Source: a candidate division WOR-3 bacterium 4484_18
GTDB lineage: Bacteria > Hydrothermota > UBA3073 > NMUJ01
Direction of reading: 5' to 3'
NCBI GenBank assembly: GCA_002256535.1
Contig: NMUJ01000003.1
Span: 1 to 49,349 of the forward strand
DNA: 49,349 nucleotides
The notes under the pieces are model-generated. The model did no database searches and was not told where the DNA came from. It saw nothing but the letters and a program-made list of their open reading frames with translations. Of this stretch, positions 1-9,529 are shown in pieces (the first letter of the stretch is position 1; the number at the start of each line of letters is the position of its first letter). The translations under genes were made by a program, and so were the position numbers.

Positions 1-123
1 CTTCGGTATTAGAGTATATCCAATACGCACCTGGCTTCATTATCGGGAAATAGTCATCACCCACCCGCTGTTCCAACACACGGCCACAGCCTGTCAATAT
101 CAACGCTATCAGTAAGCATCTAC

Positions 124-516
124 TTATAACTGACATCCCACACTCAACCTCATATGTATTGATGGATAATAAAGCCCCACACCCACGTACCCTACACCCA
201 AGCATTTATACCACGTAGCGGTTACAAGCCATCCAAATTCCCGTACATCCCCTAACTTCAACATATAGCCACCACCACCTATTTTGATGTCCCAGCCACC
301 TTTATCTAAAACTTTTCGCTCTATGCTACATTCAACCCTATCCATACGTATCCCGTAATGGTCAAACTCATATACTGCAAGATTGTACTTCACGTTTGTT
401 TCGTAACTCACGAATAATCCATCACCTGCAGGGTCGAACCTCACCAAATTAGAAACCGGTATCAACAAACTCAACCCCACATTCCAGCATCCCCACACAA
501 ACAATATCAACGCCAT
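124..516 (-). CDS. hypothetical small beta-rich protein with N-terminal hydrophobic segment
   Basis: 130-aa ORF. Its ATG (516..514) overlaps the stop of the upstream DUF503 frame, suggesting co-translation with the nusA-infB operon. No motif recognised. Confidence 0.4.
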   Translation of the reverse strand: MALILFVWGCWNVGLSLLIPVSNLVRFDPAGDGLFVSYETNVKYNLAVYEFDHYGIRMDRVECSIERKVLDKGGWDIKIGGGGYMLKLGDVREFGWLVTATWYKCLGVGYVGVGLYYPSIHMRLSVGCQL

Positions 517-748
517 TCTATCCAGAAGTTTATCACCTCAACGTCTGGCTCCTTTTGTAACAACTCTCTTACCCCATTCACGATACGTTCAACCCATTTC
601 TGTTCACCACCTACACATGCAATGCCTAACCTTGCCCTCTGCCATACGTTATCGTCACCAACCTCTGCCACCGCTACGTTGAAAGTTTATCTTTAAGTGA
701 TAAACTATTCCATATATGGAGTTCAACCTCACATATACCTACTATCAT
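507..748 (-). pseudogene. DUF503 (YlxP-like) protein, broken into two frames
   Basis: Not in the ORF track. ATG at 748 overlaps the infB stop (ATGA). Frame 1 reads MIVGICEVELHIWNSLSLKDK then stops at 674. A second frame reads FNVAVAEVGDDNVWQRARLGIACVGGEQKWVERIV...INFWIEWR. Both halves match the DUF503 pattern usually found after infB. Confidence 0.55.
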
Positions 749-1146
749 GCAGCTAACACTTTACGCTTTTCGTAAACCTCCAGGATATCGCCCTCCCTTA
801 TGGGTGCTTTGGGGTCACCAAGCCCTATCCCACACTCGTTGCCTGCACTTATCTCGTCTTTGTCTTCTTTGAAATGTTTAAGTGAAACGATTTTACCTTC
901 AAAAACTTTCTTACCATCTCGCATCACACGTACCAGCGCACCCCGCTTTACTTTACCTTCAAGCACCTCCACACCTGCAACCTTACCCACCTCACGTATG
1001 TTGAAGATGGCCTTAATTCTTGCTTTACCTAAGGTTACCTCCTCCTCTTCTGCTACAAGTATACCAGCTATTGCTGCCTCAACTGCCTTTACCACATCGT
1101 ATATCACCTTAAACGTATGTATTTCGACATTTTTATCCCTTGCCAA
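745..1146 (-). CDS. infB: translation initiation factor IF-2, C-terminal (C2) fragment in a separate frame
   Basis: 133-aa ORF. VEIHTFKVIYDVVKAVEAAIAGIL...VGKVAGVEVLEGKVKRGALVRVMRDGKKVFEGKIVSLKHFKEDKDEISAGNECGIG matches the IF-2 C-terminal beta-barrel. Confidence 0.85.
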   Translation of the reverse strand: MARDKNVEIHTFKVIYDVVKAVEAAIAGILVAEEEEVTLGKARIKAIFNIREVGKVAGVEVLEGKVKRGALVRVMRDGKKVFEGKIVSLKHFKEDKDEISAGNECGIGLGDPKAPIREGDILEVYEKRKVLAA

Positions 1147-2644
1147 TGTATGTGCTCCGCTGTTGTATACTTTCGAGCGATATCCTCGACTTCATACGCT
1201 GCCACTTGCTCATCTCTTCAATCTCTTTCCTTTTCTGTGTAACCTCTCTTGCACGCCGTTCTTCACTTACCACCACAAACTTATCGCCCACCAACGGTAG
1301 CTCCTCAAACTCTGCCACCTGTGCGGGCTCACCCGGTCTACATACCTCCTTTTTATTACCCCACTCATCCCATAAGCAACGCACTCTACCCCATGCTGTA
1401 CCTGCAACAAATACATCACCTACTTTTAGTATACCTTCAAATATCAACACGGTAGCAACTTTACCCTTACCCTTATCAATATGTGATTCCAATATTACAC
1501 CTTTAGCTTTCACATCGTATGGCGCTTTGAGATCGAGCTCCTCTGCTACCAATACTATCGTATCGAGCAGATCATCTATACCTTCATGGGTCTTCGCCGA
1601 TACGTAACACACAGGTACCTTACCACCATACGGCTCTACGTCTACCTTGTTCGCATATAGCTGCGATACTACCTTATCTACATTAGCTGCAGGTAAGTCT
1701 ATTTTGTTGATAGCTACGATCATAGGTATGCCGGCTTCACGAATATGGTCGATTGCCTCTATAGTCTGTGGCATGACACCATCGTCTGCTGCCACCACCA
1801 ATACCGCTATATCAGTAACCTGTGCACCACGTGCCCTCATCGCTGTGAATGCCTCATGTCCAGGTGTATCGATAAACGTTACCCCATACTTACCGTAGTT
1901 AACATGATATGCACCTATGTGTTGTGTGATACGACCATACTCACGAGCTGCCACATCCGTATGACGGATGGCATCCAGTAACGTCGTCTTACCATGGTCA
2001 ATATGTCCAAGCACTGACACCACCGGTGGACGTGGCCTAACTTCTTTTGGTTCTTCTTCTACGAGCTCCGCTTCAATGCTGACCTTTTCCACCTCATAAC
2101 CCAGATCCTGTGCCAGTATCTGTGCAGTCGTAAAATCGATCCTTTGATTAACAGTAAGTGTAAGTCCAAACTCCCGTAACGCATGTGCAATAAGGTCGAC
2201 GGGATTCATACCCAAAATTTCGGATAGCTCCTTCACCGAAATAACCTCTGGTATACCTATGACTTTCTGTTCCTTCTCCTTCTCTCTTTTTTCATATTCG
2301 AGACGCCTTTTCTTGTGACGTTTGAACGGCTTGGACTCAATCCTTGCCCACGTCTGCCGTATTTCACGTTCCGCTTCGTCACGTGATGGTTCCTCCTTAT
2401 ACTCTTCGTATGGCAACAATGTACGTGGTTTGTGGAATTTACGCCTCTTACGCTCCTCTATTTTGTAACGATACCGCTCTTGGTCCAATCTCTTACGACA
2501 TGCTTCAATCCACTCCGGTGGCACTACACTGCGGGAGCCTCCCTTCACTTCGTAACCAAGTTCAGCCAACAGCTTACGTAGCGCACCGGTTGATAAGTGT
2601 AACTCTTTTGCCACCTCAAACAGCGGTTTACCACCGTTACTCAC
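1133..2644 (-). CDS. infB: translation initiation factor IF-2, N-terminal, GTPase and domain II part (truncated)
   Basis: 503-aa ORF with G motifs GHIDHGKTT, DTPGHEAF and NKID. It ends abruptly after ...RISLESIQQ, where the C1 domain should begin. Confidence 0.9.
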   Translation of the reverse strand: MSNGGKPLFEVAKELHLSTGALRKLLAELGYEVKGGSRSVVPPEWIEACRKRLDQERYRYKIEERKRRKFHKPRTLLPYEEYKEEPSRDEAEREIRQTWARIESKPFKRHKKRRLEYEKREKEKEQKVIGIPEVISVKELSEILGMNPVDLIAHALREFGLTLTVNQRIDFTTAQILAQDLGYEVEKVSIEAELVEEEPKEVRPRPPVVSVLGHIDHGKTTLLDAIRHTDVAAREYGRITQHIGAYHVNYGKYGVTFIDTPGHEAFTAMRARGAQVTDIAVLVVAADDGVMPQTIEAIDHIREAGIPMIVAINKIDLPAANVDKVVSQLYANKVDVEPYGGKVPVCYVSAKTHEGIDDLLDTIVLVAEELDLKAPYDVKAKGVILESHIDKGKGKVATVLIFEGILKVGDVFVAGTAWGRVRCLWDEWGNKKEVCRPGEPAQVAEFEELPLVGDKFVVVSEERRAREVTQKRKEIEEMSKWQRMKSRISLESIQQRSTYIGKG

Positions 2645-3740
2645 ATAGGTTATGTTTTATCAACCGTCCCTTTATATCATCTGTGAATTCAGCTATATTA
2701 AGTACACTCTCACGTTCGTATTCTTCTGGGCTAAATATGTCGATATCATAATCCACGAGCCTCGATGCAAGGTATGCATTTTGTCCACTCTTACCTATGG
2801 CTTTAGGTAGGTCTTCAGGTTCTACCACCACAGTGATCTCCTTCCTTTCGTTATCCACCTTTTGTGTGATAATACGTGCACCCGACAATGCACGTGAGAC
2901 AAGTACCACCAACTCATCACTCCACTGTAACACATCTATCTTCTCGCCCTGCAATTCCTTCACTATTGGTTTGATTCGCCATCCTTTGTTACCAACACAT
3001 GCACCTACGGGGTCGACTTTTGGATCATTTGAAGCTACTGCAACCTTAGCTCGTTTACCAGGTATACGGGCGATAGCTTTTATCTCTACTACACCATCTG
3101 CAATTTCGGGGATCTCAAACTCCATCAACCTTTTGAGAAAGCTTGGATGTGTACGTGACAGTATAATGTTGTCTTTTTCGTCTACCCTCAACACTACTGC
3201 TCTGATGTTACCACCTTGACGAAAATAGTTATGTTCACCTGGTATCTCCTCGCTTACAGGTAATATTGCTTCAGCACCTCCTAAATTAACAAGTATATTG
3301 TAACGATCAATTTTCTGAACCGTACCAGCAACCAATATTCCCACCTTCTTACGGTACTCCTCTGCTATCCTGTGACGTTCTTCCTTTTCTATACGTTCCA
3401 ACAGCAACTGTTTGGCAACAATAACAACGCTTCTCGGGAAATCCTCGGGTGCCAACGATATTTGAATAGTGTCACCAACTTTTGTGTCTGGATCATATTT
3501 ACGTGCCTGCCTTAACGTAATCTCACCAGGTTCTTTGGGTCTATGTACTACTTTTTGTGTTATAACTATCCGTATATCACCTGTAGTCTCTGATGTCCTA
3601 ATCTGTATATCGCCTGTAAGGTCCATCTTTCTGGCTATCGCTTCTTTTAAGGATTCCTCAAAGATTTCACGTACCAGCTCCCAAGGTAGCTGTCGCTCAT
3701 CCGCTATATCTCTGATGGCTTGTGTTAATGCTCTCGACAT
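2637..3740 (-). CDS. nusA: transcription termination/antitermination factor NusA
   Basis: S1 and KH regions (VGACVGNKGWRIKPIVKEL, AIGKSGQNAYLASRL). ATG at 3740 overlaps the rimP stop (TGATG-type). Sits between rimP and infB. Confidence 0.92.
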   Translation of the reverse strand: MSRALTQAIRDIADERQLPWELVREIFEESLKEAIARKMDLTGDIQIRTSETTGDIRIVITQKVVHRPKEPGEITLRQARKYDPDTKVGDTIQISLAPEDFPRSVVIVAKQLLLERIEKEERHRIAEEYRKKVGILVAGTVQKIDRYNILVNLGGAEAILPVSEEIPGEHNYFRQGGNIRAVVLRVDEKDNIILSRTHPSFLKRLMEFEIPEIADGVVEIKAIARIPGKRAKVAVASNDPKVDPVGACVGNKGWRIKPIVKELQGEKIDVLQWSDELVVLVSRALSGARIITQKVDNERKEITVVVEPEDLPKAIGKSGQNAYLASRLVDYDIDIFSPEEYERESVLNIAEFTDDIKGRLIKHNLCE

Positions 3741-4012
3741 CAATACCTCCTTTTGCGACCACCTGGCGAGGATACTTCCAGCGTGTAATTACCTATGCTA
3801 TTGTCCATATCGAGATATTTCTTAAGCTCACGACTAACATAAACACATTGATCTATTGTTATGCGGTGGGGTGTGTCCACAAACACCCGAATATAAGCGT
3901 TATTTACAGTACCATGGGCTTCAATATCCACCAAGAATATATCGGTATTCTCGATTACTCGTTCCACAAGTGAACGCACCTTGGCAATAATTTCTGACTT
4001 ATTGAGTCGCAT
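3740..4012 (-). CDS. rimP: ribosome maturation factor RimP, N-terminal domain only
   Basis: 90-aa ORF containing YTLEVSSPG, then stops. The usual ~60-aa C-terminal domain is missing. Sits upstream of nusA. Confidence 0.7.
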   Translation of the reverse strand: MRLNKSEIIAKVRSLVERVIENTDIFLVDIEAHGTVNNAYIRVFVDTPHRITIDQCVYVSRELKKYLDMDNSIGNYTLEVSSPGGRKRRY

Positions 4013-5699
4013 CTTGCATCTCCTTTATAATATTCAACACCTTATCTACACACATCTCGTGCTTAACTTTGATCCGCTCATTTGTAGCCCGTATTTTAAT
4101 TTCCACCATTCCATCCCTCCACACTTTCTCACCCAATATTAAAATAACTGGAATACCGATTAAGTCATCATCTTTAAGTTTAATCCCCGCACTCGTGCTG
4201 CGGTCATCATAAAGTACTTCAATATCTCTTTTCATCAACTCTTTATATAAATTATCAGCTACCTGTACGAGGTCGTAATTCTCCGGGTTAAGGGTTGTAA
4301 CAAGTACCTGAAAAGGTGTCACACTTTGCGGCCATACGATACCATGTTCGTCATGATGTGTTTCAATGATTGCCATCATCGACCGCTCTACCCCTATACC
4401 ATAGCTACCCATAAGTATAGGTTTATTTTTACCATCGCGATCGAGGAAGGTTGCCCCCATGGCTTCTGAGTATTTTGTACCCAACCTAAATATGTGGCCA
4501 ACTTCAATAGCGGATTCAATTATAAGCTTATCACCACATTGAGGACAGCTGTCACCAGGTGCTACCTTCGCAATATCCGTGTATTCGTTTACCTTGATGT
4601 CACGCTCAATGTTCACCCCTTCGTAATGGTAAAGGTCCTCGTTTGCCCCCGTTATCAACCCCTTTCTACCTTTTAGGCCTATATCTGCGTACACTGGGAT
4701 ATCTGTACCTATGGGGCTTATATAACCGATGGAGGCACCCATCCACTCCTTCACTTCATCCGATGTAGCTGGTCGTAAATCGCCTAACTTCAATATCTTT
4801 GTTTCACTCACATCGTGTGCACCATCTACCAACAGAAATATCGGTTGTTTACCACTATCTGTCTGCTTCACATACAGCAAGGATTTAAGCAACTGCTGTG
4901 GAACGGTATCGAAGAACCGTGATATCTCTTCGACTGACCCTCCCACTGGTGTGTAAACCTTACGTAGAGGTTTATCTTCTAACTCCAGCTTCGGTGGTAT
5001 ACCACGTGCTATCTCGTAATTTGCCTTGTAGCTACAATTACCACAGTACACTATTGTGTCTTCACCTACAGGTGAGGGTACCATAAACTCCTCAGTCTCT
5101 GAGCCCCCCATTATGCCACCTGATGCACTGACTATTTTGAATTCCAACCCCAATCTTGTGAATATCCTAATGTAAGCATCACGATGTAAGTTATAACTAC
5201 GCTGCCATCCCTCAACAGTAGCATCTAAGCTATATGAATCCTTCATTATGAACTCACGTGCCCTCATAACACCACCTCTTGGACGCAACTCATCACGAAA
5301 TTTCACCTGTATTTGGTACCATATCTGTGGTAGATCGCGATACGAGCGTATCTCACGTCTTGCAATATCGGTTATAATCTCCTCATGTGTGGGTGCAAGT
5401 GCATAATCTTTATCTTTGCGATCTCTTACACGGAACATCTCCTTACCATATTCGTACCATCTGCCAGTTTCCTGCCATATTTCAGCTGGTGTGAGCGCTG
5501 GTAAGAGTAGCTCCTGTCCACCGATACGGTTCATCTCCTCACGTATGATTTGCATGATTTTGCGTAGAACACGCCACCCTAATGGTAAATATGAATAAAC
5601 GCCACTTGCCACCATCCGTATGAGACCAGCCCTTATTGCAAGCGTATGGCTTGGTATTTCAGCCTCACGAGGTTTCTCTTTTAATGTGGGGATAAACAA
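3999..5699 (-). CDS. proS: proline--tRNA ligase (bacterial type with editing insertion)
   Basis: 566 aa. N-terminus FIPTLKEKPREAEIPSHTLAIRAGLIR, class II motifs and a C-terminal anticodon-binding region. TTG start. Confidence 0.93.
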   Translation of the reverse strand: MFIPTLKEKPREAEIPSHTLAIRAGLIRMVASGVYSYLPLGWRVLRKIMQIIREEMNRIGGQELLLPALTPAEIWQETGRWYEYGKEMFRVRDRKDKDYALAPTHEEIITDIARREIRSYRDLPQIWYQIQVKFRDELRPRGGVMRAREFIMKDSYSLDATVEGWQRSYNLHRDAYIRIFTRLGLEFKIVSASGGIMGGSETEEFMVPSPVGEDTIVYCGNCSYKANYEIARGIPPKLELEDKPLRKVYTPVGGSVEEISRFFDTVPQQLLKSLLYVKQTDSGKQPIFLLVDGAHDVSETKILKLGDLRPATSDEVKEWMGASIGYISPIGTDIPVYADIGLKGRKGLITGANEDLYHYEGVNIERDIKVNEYTDIAKVAPGDSCPQCGDKLIIESAIEVGHIFRLGTKYSEAMGATFLDRDGKNKPILMGSYGIGVERSMMAIIETHHDEHGIVWPQSVTPFQVLVTTLNPENYDLVQVADNLYKELMKRDIEVLYDDRSTSAGIKLKDDDLIGIPVILILGEKVWRDGMVEIKIRATNERIKVKHEMCVDKVLNIIKEMQDATQ

Positions 5700-6838
5700 A
5701 TTACTCCAGCGTTTTCGGGTATTTCTTCTTTTTCCGCTTCTTCCTCTTTTTCGCGCTCTTTCTCTTCCTCTTCGATCTCCTTCAGCAGATCCCTATCATC
5801 CTTATACTTCACGAGTACTGCGTAGATGAGTGATTGCCCTGCTGCCCATGTCGCTATCCCGTACCCAAGTACCATAAATATTATAAAATACAGACCAAGC
5901 CCCACACAGAAGCTACTTACGAGTTGTGCCCAGTTTACAGGTACCCACTCCGGTCCCTGTATGAGTGTGGGTGCTATCCTTGCGGTAAGTGCTTCAACCC
6001 ATGTTATGGGTGGTACGTGCGATAGATACCATAACCCATTGTTCCATACTTTTTCCCACCAGCTGTGACCCCACGCACTCAACACCCAGTTTGCAAGTAA
6101 TAACCCCTTCTTTGTGAGCCACCCAAATACCCATACACCTGCGAACACACAGAATGCAATGAAGATCTCCCACAACACCAGCCGCCATGTCTGTTCATTT
6201 AACGTGCTGAAATTTTCGAACAACACATCAAACACATCCTTTTCTACACCTGCTGCTATGGAAGGTGACAACAGAAATGATACAAAGAACACAATAATAA
6301 GGTATATCACAAACAGCGCCGCCAATGCTATGAGTATAAAAAGCAACCCGATAACAATCGGCCCCACATAGGGTATTCTACCAAATAGCCCCAACAGACA
6401 CCCAATGAGTACAAACACACCTATGAAAATTGCTAACGTGATAGGTGCAAGTATGTTTGCTTTCGCCTTCTTTATAGCATACCTCAATGCATCCATAACC
6501 TCGTAGAACTCATTACCTCGTAGCTCTTCATATGTCACCTTTGAGATCGCTGATATCGACAACATCTGTATAAAAACGAAGAGCGCTACACCGATACCCC
6601 AAATGGTCCAGCTATACCAAGGGAAATGTATCACCCCAGGTATAGGTACTGGTATGTACCGATATGTGCGCCAGACTTCTTTTACCGTCCATTCAGGCAA
6701 TATCGAATATGCCACGTAGGTGAGTACCGAGTACACTATGACACCAATGAGTAGCCCAAGGAATGCTATCCAGATCTTTTTCGCCGAAAACGCAACCCTC
6801 GGTGCCCTCACCACCTGTGCAAAACTGTACACCATCAT
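5681..6838 (-). CDS. polytopic membrane protein of unknown function with acidic Glu/Lys-rich C-terminal tail
   Basis: 385-aa ORF with multiple long hydrophobic segments and the tail EEEEKEREKEEEAEKEE. Lies in the operon between trpS and proS. Confidence 0.6.
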   Translation of the reverse strand: MMVYSFAQVVRAPRVAFSAKKIWIAFLGLLIGVIVYSVLTYVAYSILPEWTVKEVWRTYRYIPVPIPGVIHFPWYSWTIWGIGVALFVFIQMLSISAISKVTYEELRGNEFYEVMDALRYAIKKAKANILAPITLAIFIGVFVLIGCLLGLFGRIPYVGPIVIGLLFILIALAALFVIYLIIVFFVSFLLSPSIAAGVEKDVFDVLFENFSTLNEQTWRLVLWEIFIAFCVFAGVWVFGWLTKKGLLLANWVLSAWGHSWWEKVWNNGLWYLSHVPPITWVEALTARIAPTLIQGPEWVPVNWAQLVSSFCVGLGLYFIIFMVLGYGIATWAAGQSLIYAVLVKYKDDRDLLKEIEEEEKEREKEEEAEKEEIPENAGVICLSPH

Positions 6839-6847
6839 GCCTCCTTT

Positions 6848-7819
6848 TTATTTTAAATGCATTTTTTCTTTAACCTCTTCCAACGTAGCCTGCGCTATTT
6901 TACGCGCCCTTTTGGAACCCTCCACGAGTATCTCTTTTGTCCTCTCTGGAGTAAAATTCTGAAGGTTTTCCCTCACAGGTATGAGGAACTCATATATAGC
7001 ATGTGCACAACGTTTTTTACATTCAACACAACCTAATTTGCCACTCTTACAATCAGCTTCTATCTGATCTATTTCATCCTTATTGACTAAATTATGGTAT
7101 GCGAAGACCACACAACCTTCGGGATGACCGGGGTCACCCAGCCTTATCTTCTTGGGGTCGGTGAATGCTTGGTATACCTTCCTTTTTATATCTTTGTAAG
7201 TATCCCGTATGAAGATTGCATTTTGGAGTGATTTCGACATCTTACGCCCATCAATACCTGGCACCTTAGGGTGCTGTGAAAGCATAGGCTCAGGTACTGG
7301 GAATGTCTTACCATAGAGGTGGTTGAAGCGCTTCGCAATTTCACGTGCCAGCTCGACGTGTGGTAACTGGTCCTGTCCAACGGGTACGCATTCCGCTTTG
7401 TAAATCAGTATATCTGCAGCCTGTAGAACCGGATATCCCAACAATCCATAAGTTATATTGTCCTGTAGATTCATATCACGTATCATCTCCTTAACGGTAG
7501 GGTTACGTTCGAGCCATGGTACAGGCACCAACATCGACAACAGTACATGTAACTCAGCGTGCTCCGGTACCAACGATTGTATGAAAATGGTTGCCTTCTC
7601 ATGTGACAACCCAGCTGCTAACCAATCCCTTGCCATCTCCACTTTATAATCAGGTAGCTCATCCGTATGTTGGTAATAGGTGGTAAGCGCATGGTAATCG
7701 GCAACCTCGAAATAACAATCATATTCGGACTGCAATCTTATCCAATTTACCAAACTGCCAAAATAATTACCCAAATGTATCATACCTGTAGGCCGATAAC
7801 CACTAAGAATTCGCTTCAT
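6848..7819 (-). CDS. trpS: tryptophan--tRNA ligase
   Basis: 323 aa with class I motifs HLGNY (HIGH-type) and KMSKS. Confidence 0.93.
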   Translation of the reverse strand: MKRILSGYRPTGMIHLGNYFGSLVNWIRLQSEYDCYFEVADYHALTTYYQHTDELPDYKVEMARDWLAAGLSHEKATIFIQSLVPEHAELHVLLSMLVPVPWLERNPTVKEMIRDMNLQDNITYGLLGYPVLQAADILIYKAECVPVGQDQLPHVELAREIAKRFNHLYGKTFPVPEPMLSQHPKVPGIDGRKMSKSLQNAIFIRDTYKDIKRKVYQAFTDPKKIRLGDPGHPEGCVVFAYHNLVNKDEIDQIEADCKSGKLGCVECKKRCAHAIYEFLIPVRENLQNFTPERTKEILVEGSKRARKIAQATLEEVKEKMHLK

Positions 7820-7825
7820 CCTTCA

Positions 7826-7853
7826 AAAATAAAGATACACATACCATTGTCAA
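7826..7853 (-). promoter_or_regulatory. candidate sigma70-type promoter of the trpS operon (predicts a leaderless mRNA)
   Basis: On the minus strand: TTGACA (7853..7848), 16-nt spacer, TATTTT (7831..7826), then only 6 nt before the trpS ATG at 7819. Confidence 0.4.
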
Positions 7854-7883
7854 GAATGATAGCATAACGATAGAATTTAGGTA

Positions 7884-7911
7884 TTGACAAATGGGATTGT
7901 ACCGCTATTTT
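7884..7911 (+). promoter_or_regulatory. candidate sigma70-type promoter of tuf and the ribosomal protein cluster
   Basis: TTGACA (7884..7889), 16-nt spacer, TATTTT (7906..7911). These are the same hexamers as the divergent trpS promoter. Confidence 0.4.
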
Positions 7912-8024
7912 AGATAAGAATTTACTGTTTATTGACTGAAAATCTTTAAAAGATTGTAAGTTAAGTGTGATGAAAGTGAAGCACAAGGATATATTTTTAA
8001 TTGAAGAGATTGGTAGGAGGTGAA

Positions 8025-9221
8025 ATGGCGAAGGAGAAGTTTGTACGTACTAAGCCACATGTCAACATAGGTACCATCGGGCACGTTGACCATGGTAAGA
8101 CTACATTGAGTTCAGCTATCACTATGTGTTTAGCTCCTAAGGGTTACGCTCAGTACGTAACGGTTGACACCATAGATAAAGCACCTGAGGAGAAAGCGCG
8201 TGGCCTGACAATACAGTTGTGGCATGGTGAGTTTGAGACCGACAAACGTCACTACGCATTGATAGACTGTCCAGGACACGCGGACTACATTAAGAACATG
8301 ATAACAGGTGCGGCACAGATGGATGGTGCAATACTCGTTGTATCAGCCCCCGATAGTGTTATGCCACAGACACGTGAACACGTATTATTGGCACGTCAGG
8401 TGAACGTTCCCGCTATGGTAGTATTCATCAACAAAACGGATCAGGTACCCGATCCTGAGTTGCTCGATCTTGTTGAGATGGAGGTACGTGAGCTGCTCAA
8501 CAAGTATGAATTCCCAGGTGATGAGATACCAGTCATCAAAGGGAGTGCACTTAAGTGCCTCGAGTCAGGTGATCCAAACTCTGACGCTTGTAAGGCTATT
8601 TGGGAGTTACTTGATGCAGTGGATAATTACATACCGGAGCCAGTACGTGAGGTGGATAAGCCATTCCTGATGCCTATTGAGGATATATTCTCCATAACCG
8701 GTCGTGGTACAGTAGTAACAGGTAGAGTGGAACGTGGCATTTTAAAACCAGGTGACGAAGTTGAGATTGTTGGCTTCCGTCCTACTCAGAAAACGGTTGC
8801 AGTATCGATCGAGATGTTCCGAAAGGTGCTCGATGAAACCCAACCCGGTGACAACATAGGTGTGTTACTACGTGGTATCAAAAAGGAAGAAGTTGAACGT
8901 GGTCAGGTACTTGCAGCACCCGGTACTATAACGCCTCATAAAAGGTTCAAAGGTCAGATCTATGCGTTGACAAAAGAGGAAGGAGGTCGTCACACACCGT
9001 TCTTCGTGGGTTATGCACCACAATTCTACTTCAGGACGCTCGATGTTACAGGTAAGATCGTCGGCTTACCAGAGGGCGTAGATATGGTGATGCCAGGTGA
9101 TAACGTCGAGATAGAAGCTGAGCTCATATATCCAGTGGCTATGGAAGAAGGGTTAAGGTTCGCTATACGTGAAGGTGGTAAGACCGTAGGTGCGGGTGTT
9201 GTTACAAAGGTAATAGAGTGA
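8025..9221 (+). CDS. tuf: elongation factor Tu
   Basis: [45 protein letters not shown] lies upstream of the ATG at 8025. The ORF-track start at 8001 is an upstream extension. Confidence 0.95.
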   Translation: MAKEKFVRTKPHVNIGTIGHVDHGKTTLSSAITMCLAPKGYAQYVTVDTIDKAPEEKARGLTIQLWHGEFETDKRHYALIDCPGHADYIKNMITGAAQMDGAILVVSAPDSVMPQTREHVLLARQVNVPAMVVFINKTDQVPDPELLDLVEMEVRELLNKYEFPGDEIPVIKGSALKCLESGDPNSDACKAIWELLDAVDNYIPEPVREVDKPFLMPIEDIFSITGRGTVVTGRVERGILKPGDEVEIVGFRPTQKTVAVSIEMFRKVLDETQPGDNIGVLLRGIKKEEVERGQVLAAPGTITPHKRFKGQIYALTKEEGGRHTPFFVGYAPQFYFRTLDVTGKIVGLPEGVDMVMPGDNVEIEAELIYPVAMEEGLRFAIREGGKTVGAGVVTKVIE

Positions 9222-9523
9222 TGGCAAGGATACGGATAAAACTCAAAAGCTACGATCACGTGTTATTAGATAAGGCATGTCGTGAACTTGTAGAGTCAAT
9301 GAAGAATACAGGAGCAGAGATATCCGGCCCCATACCGTTGCCGACAAAACGTACGGTGGTTACGGTGCTGCGTTCACCTCATATTAACAAGCGGTCGCGT
9401 GAACAGTTTGAACTCCGTATACACAAGAGACTCATTGAAATAAAGCGGTTCACTACCAGAACCAGGGAGGTACTGCAACGCCTTAATTTACCTGCTGGTG
9501 TAGAGGCTGAGATCAAGGTGTAA
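9221..9523 (+). CDS. rpsJ: 30S ribosomal protein S10
   Basis: [17 protein letters not shown]... The ATG overlaps the tuf stop (TGATG). Confidence 0.95.
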   Translation: MARIRIKLKSYDHVLLDKACRELVESMKNTGAEISGPIPLPTKRTVVTVLRSPHINKRSREQFELRIHKRLIEIKRFTTRTREVLQRLNLPAGVEAEIKV

Positions 9524-9529
9524 AACACG

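Noticed and set aside
1-123. Possible 5' end of another minus-strand gene. A short ATG-led frame (MLTDSVDIDRLWPCVGTAGG-stop) is followed by a second open frame (VLEQRVGDDYFPIMKPGAYWIYSNTE) that runs off the window.
   Set aside because: It is too short and unconserved to call. It could be a further junction or just intergenic sequence containing a TTGACA box.
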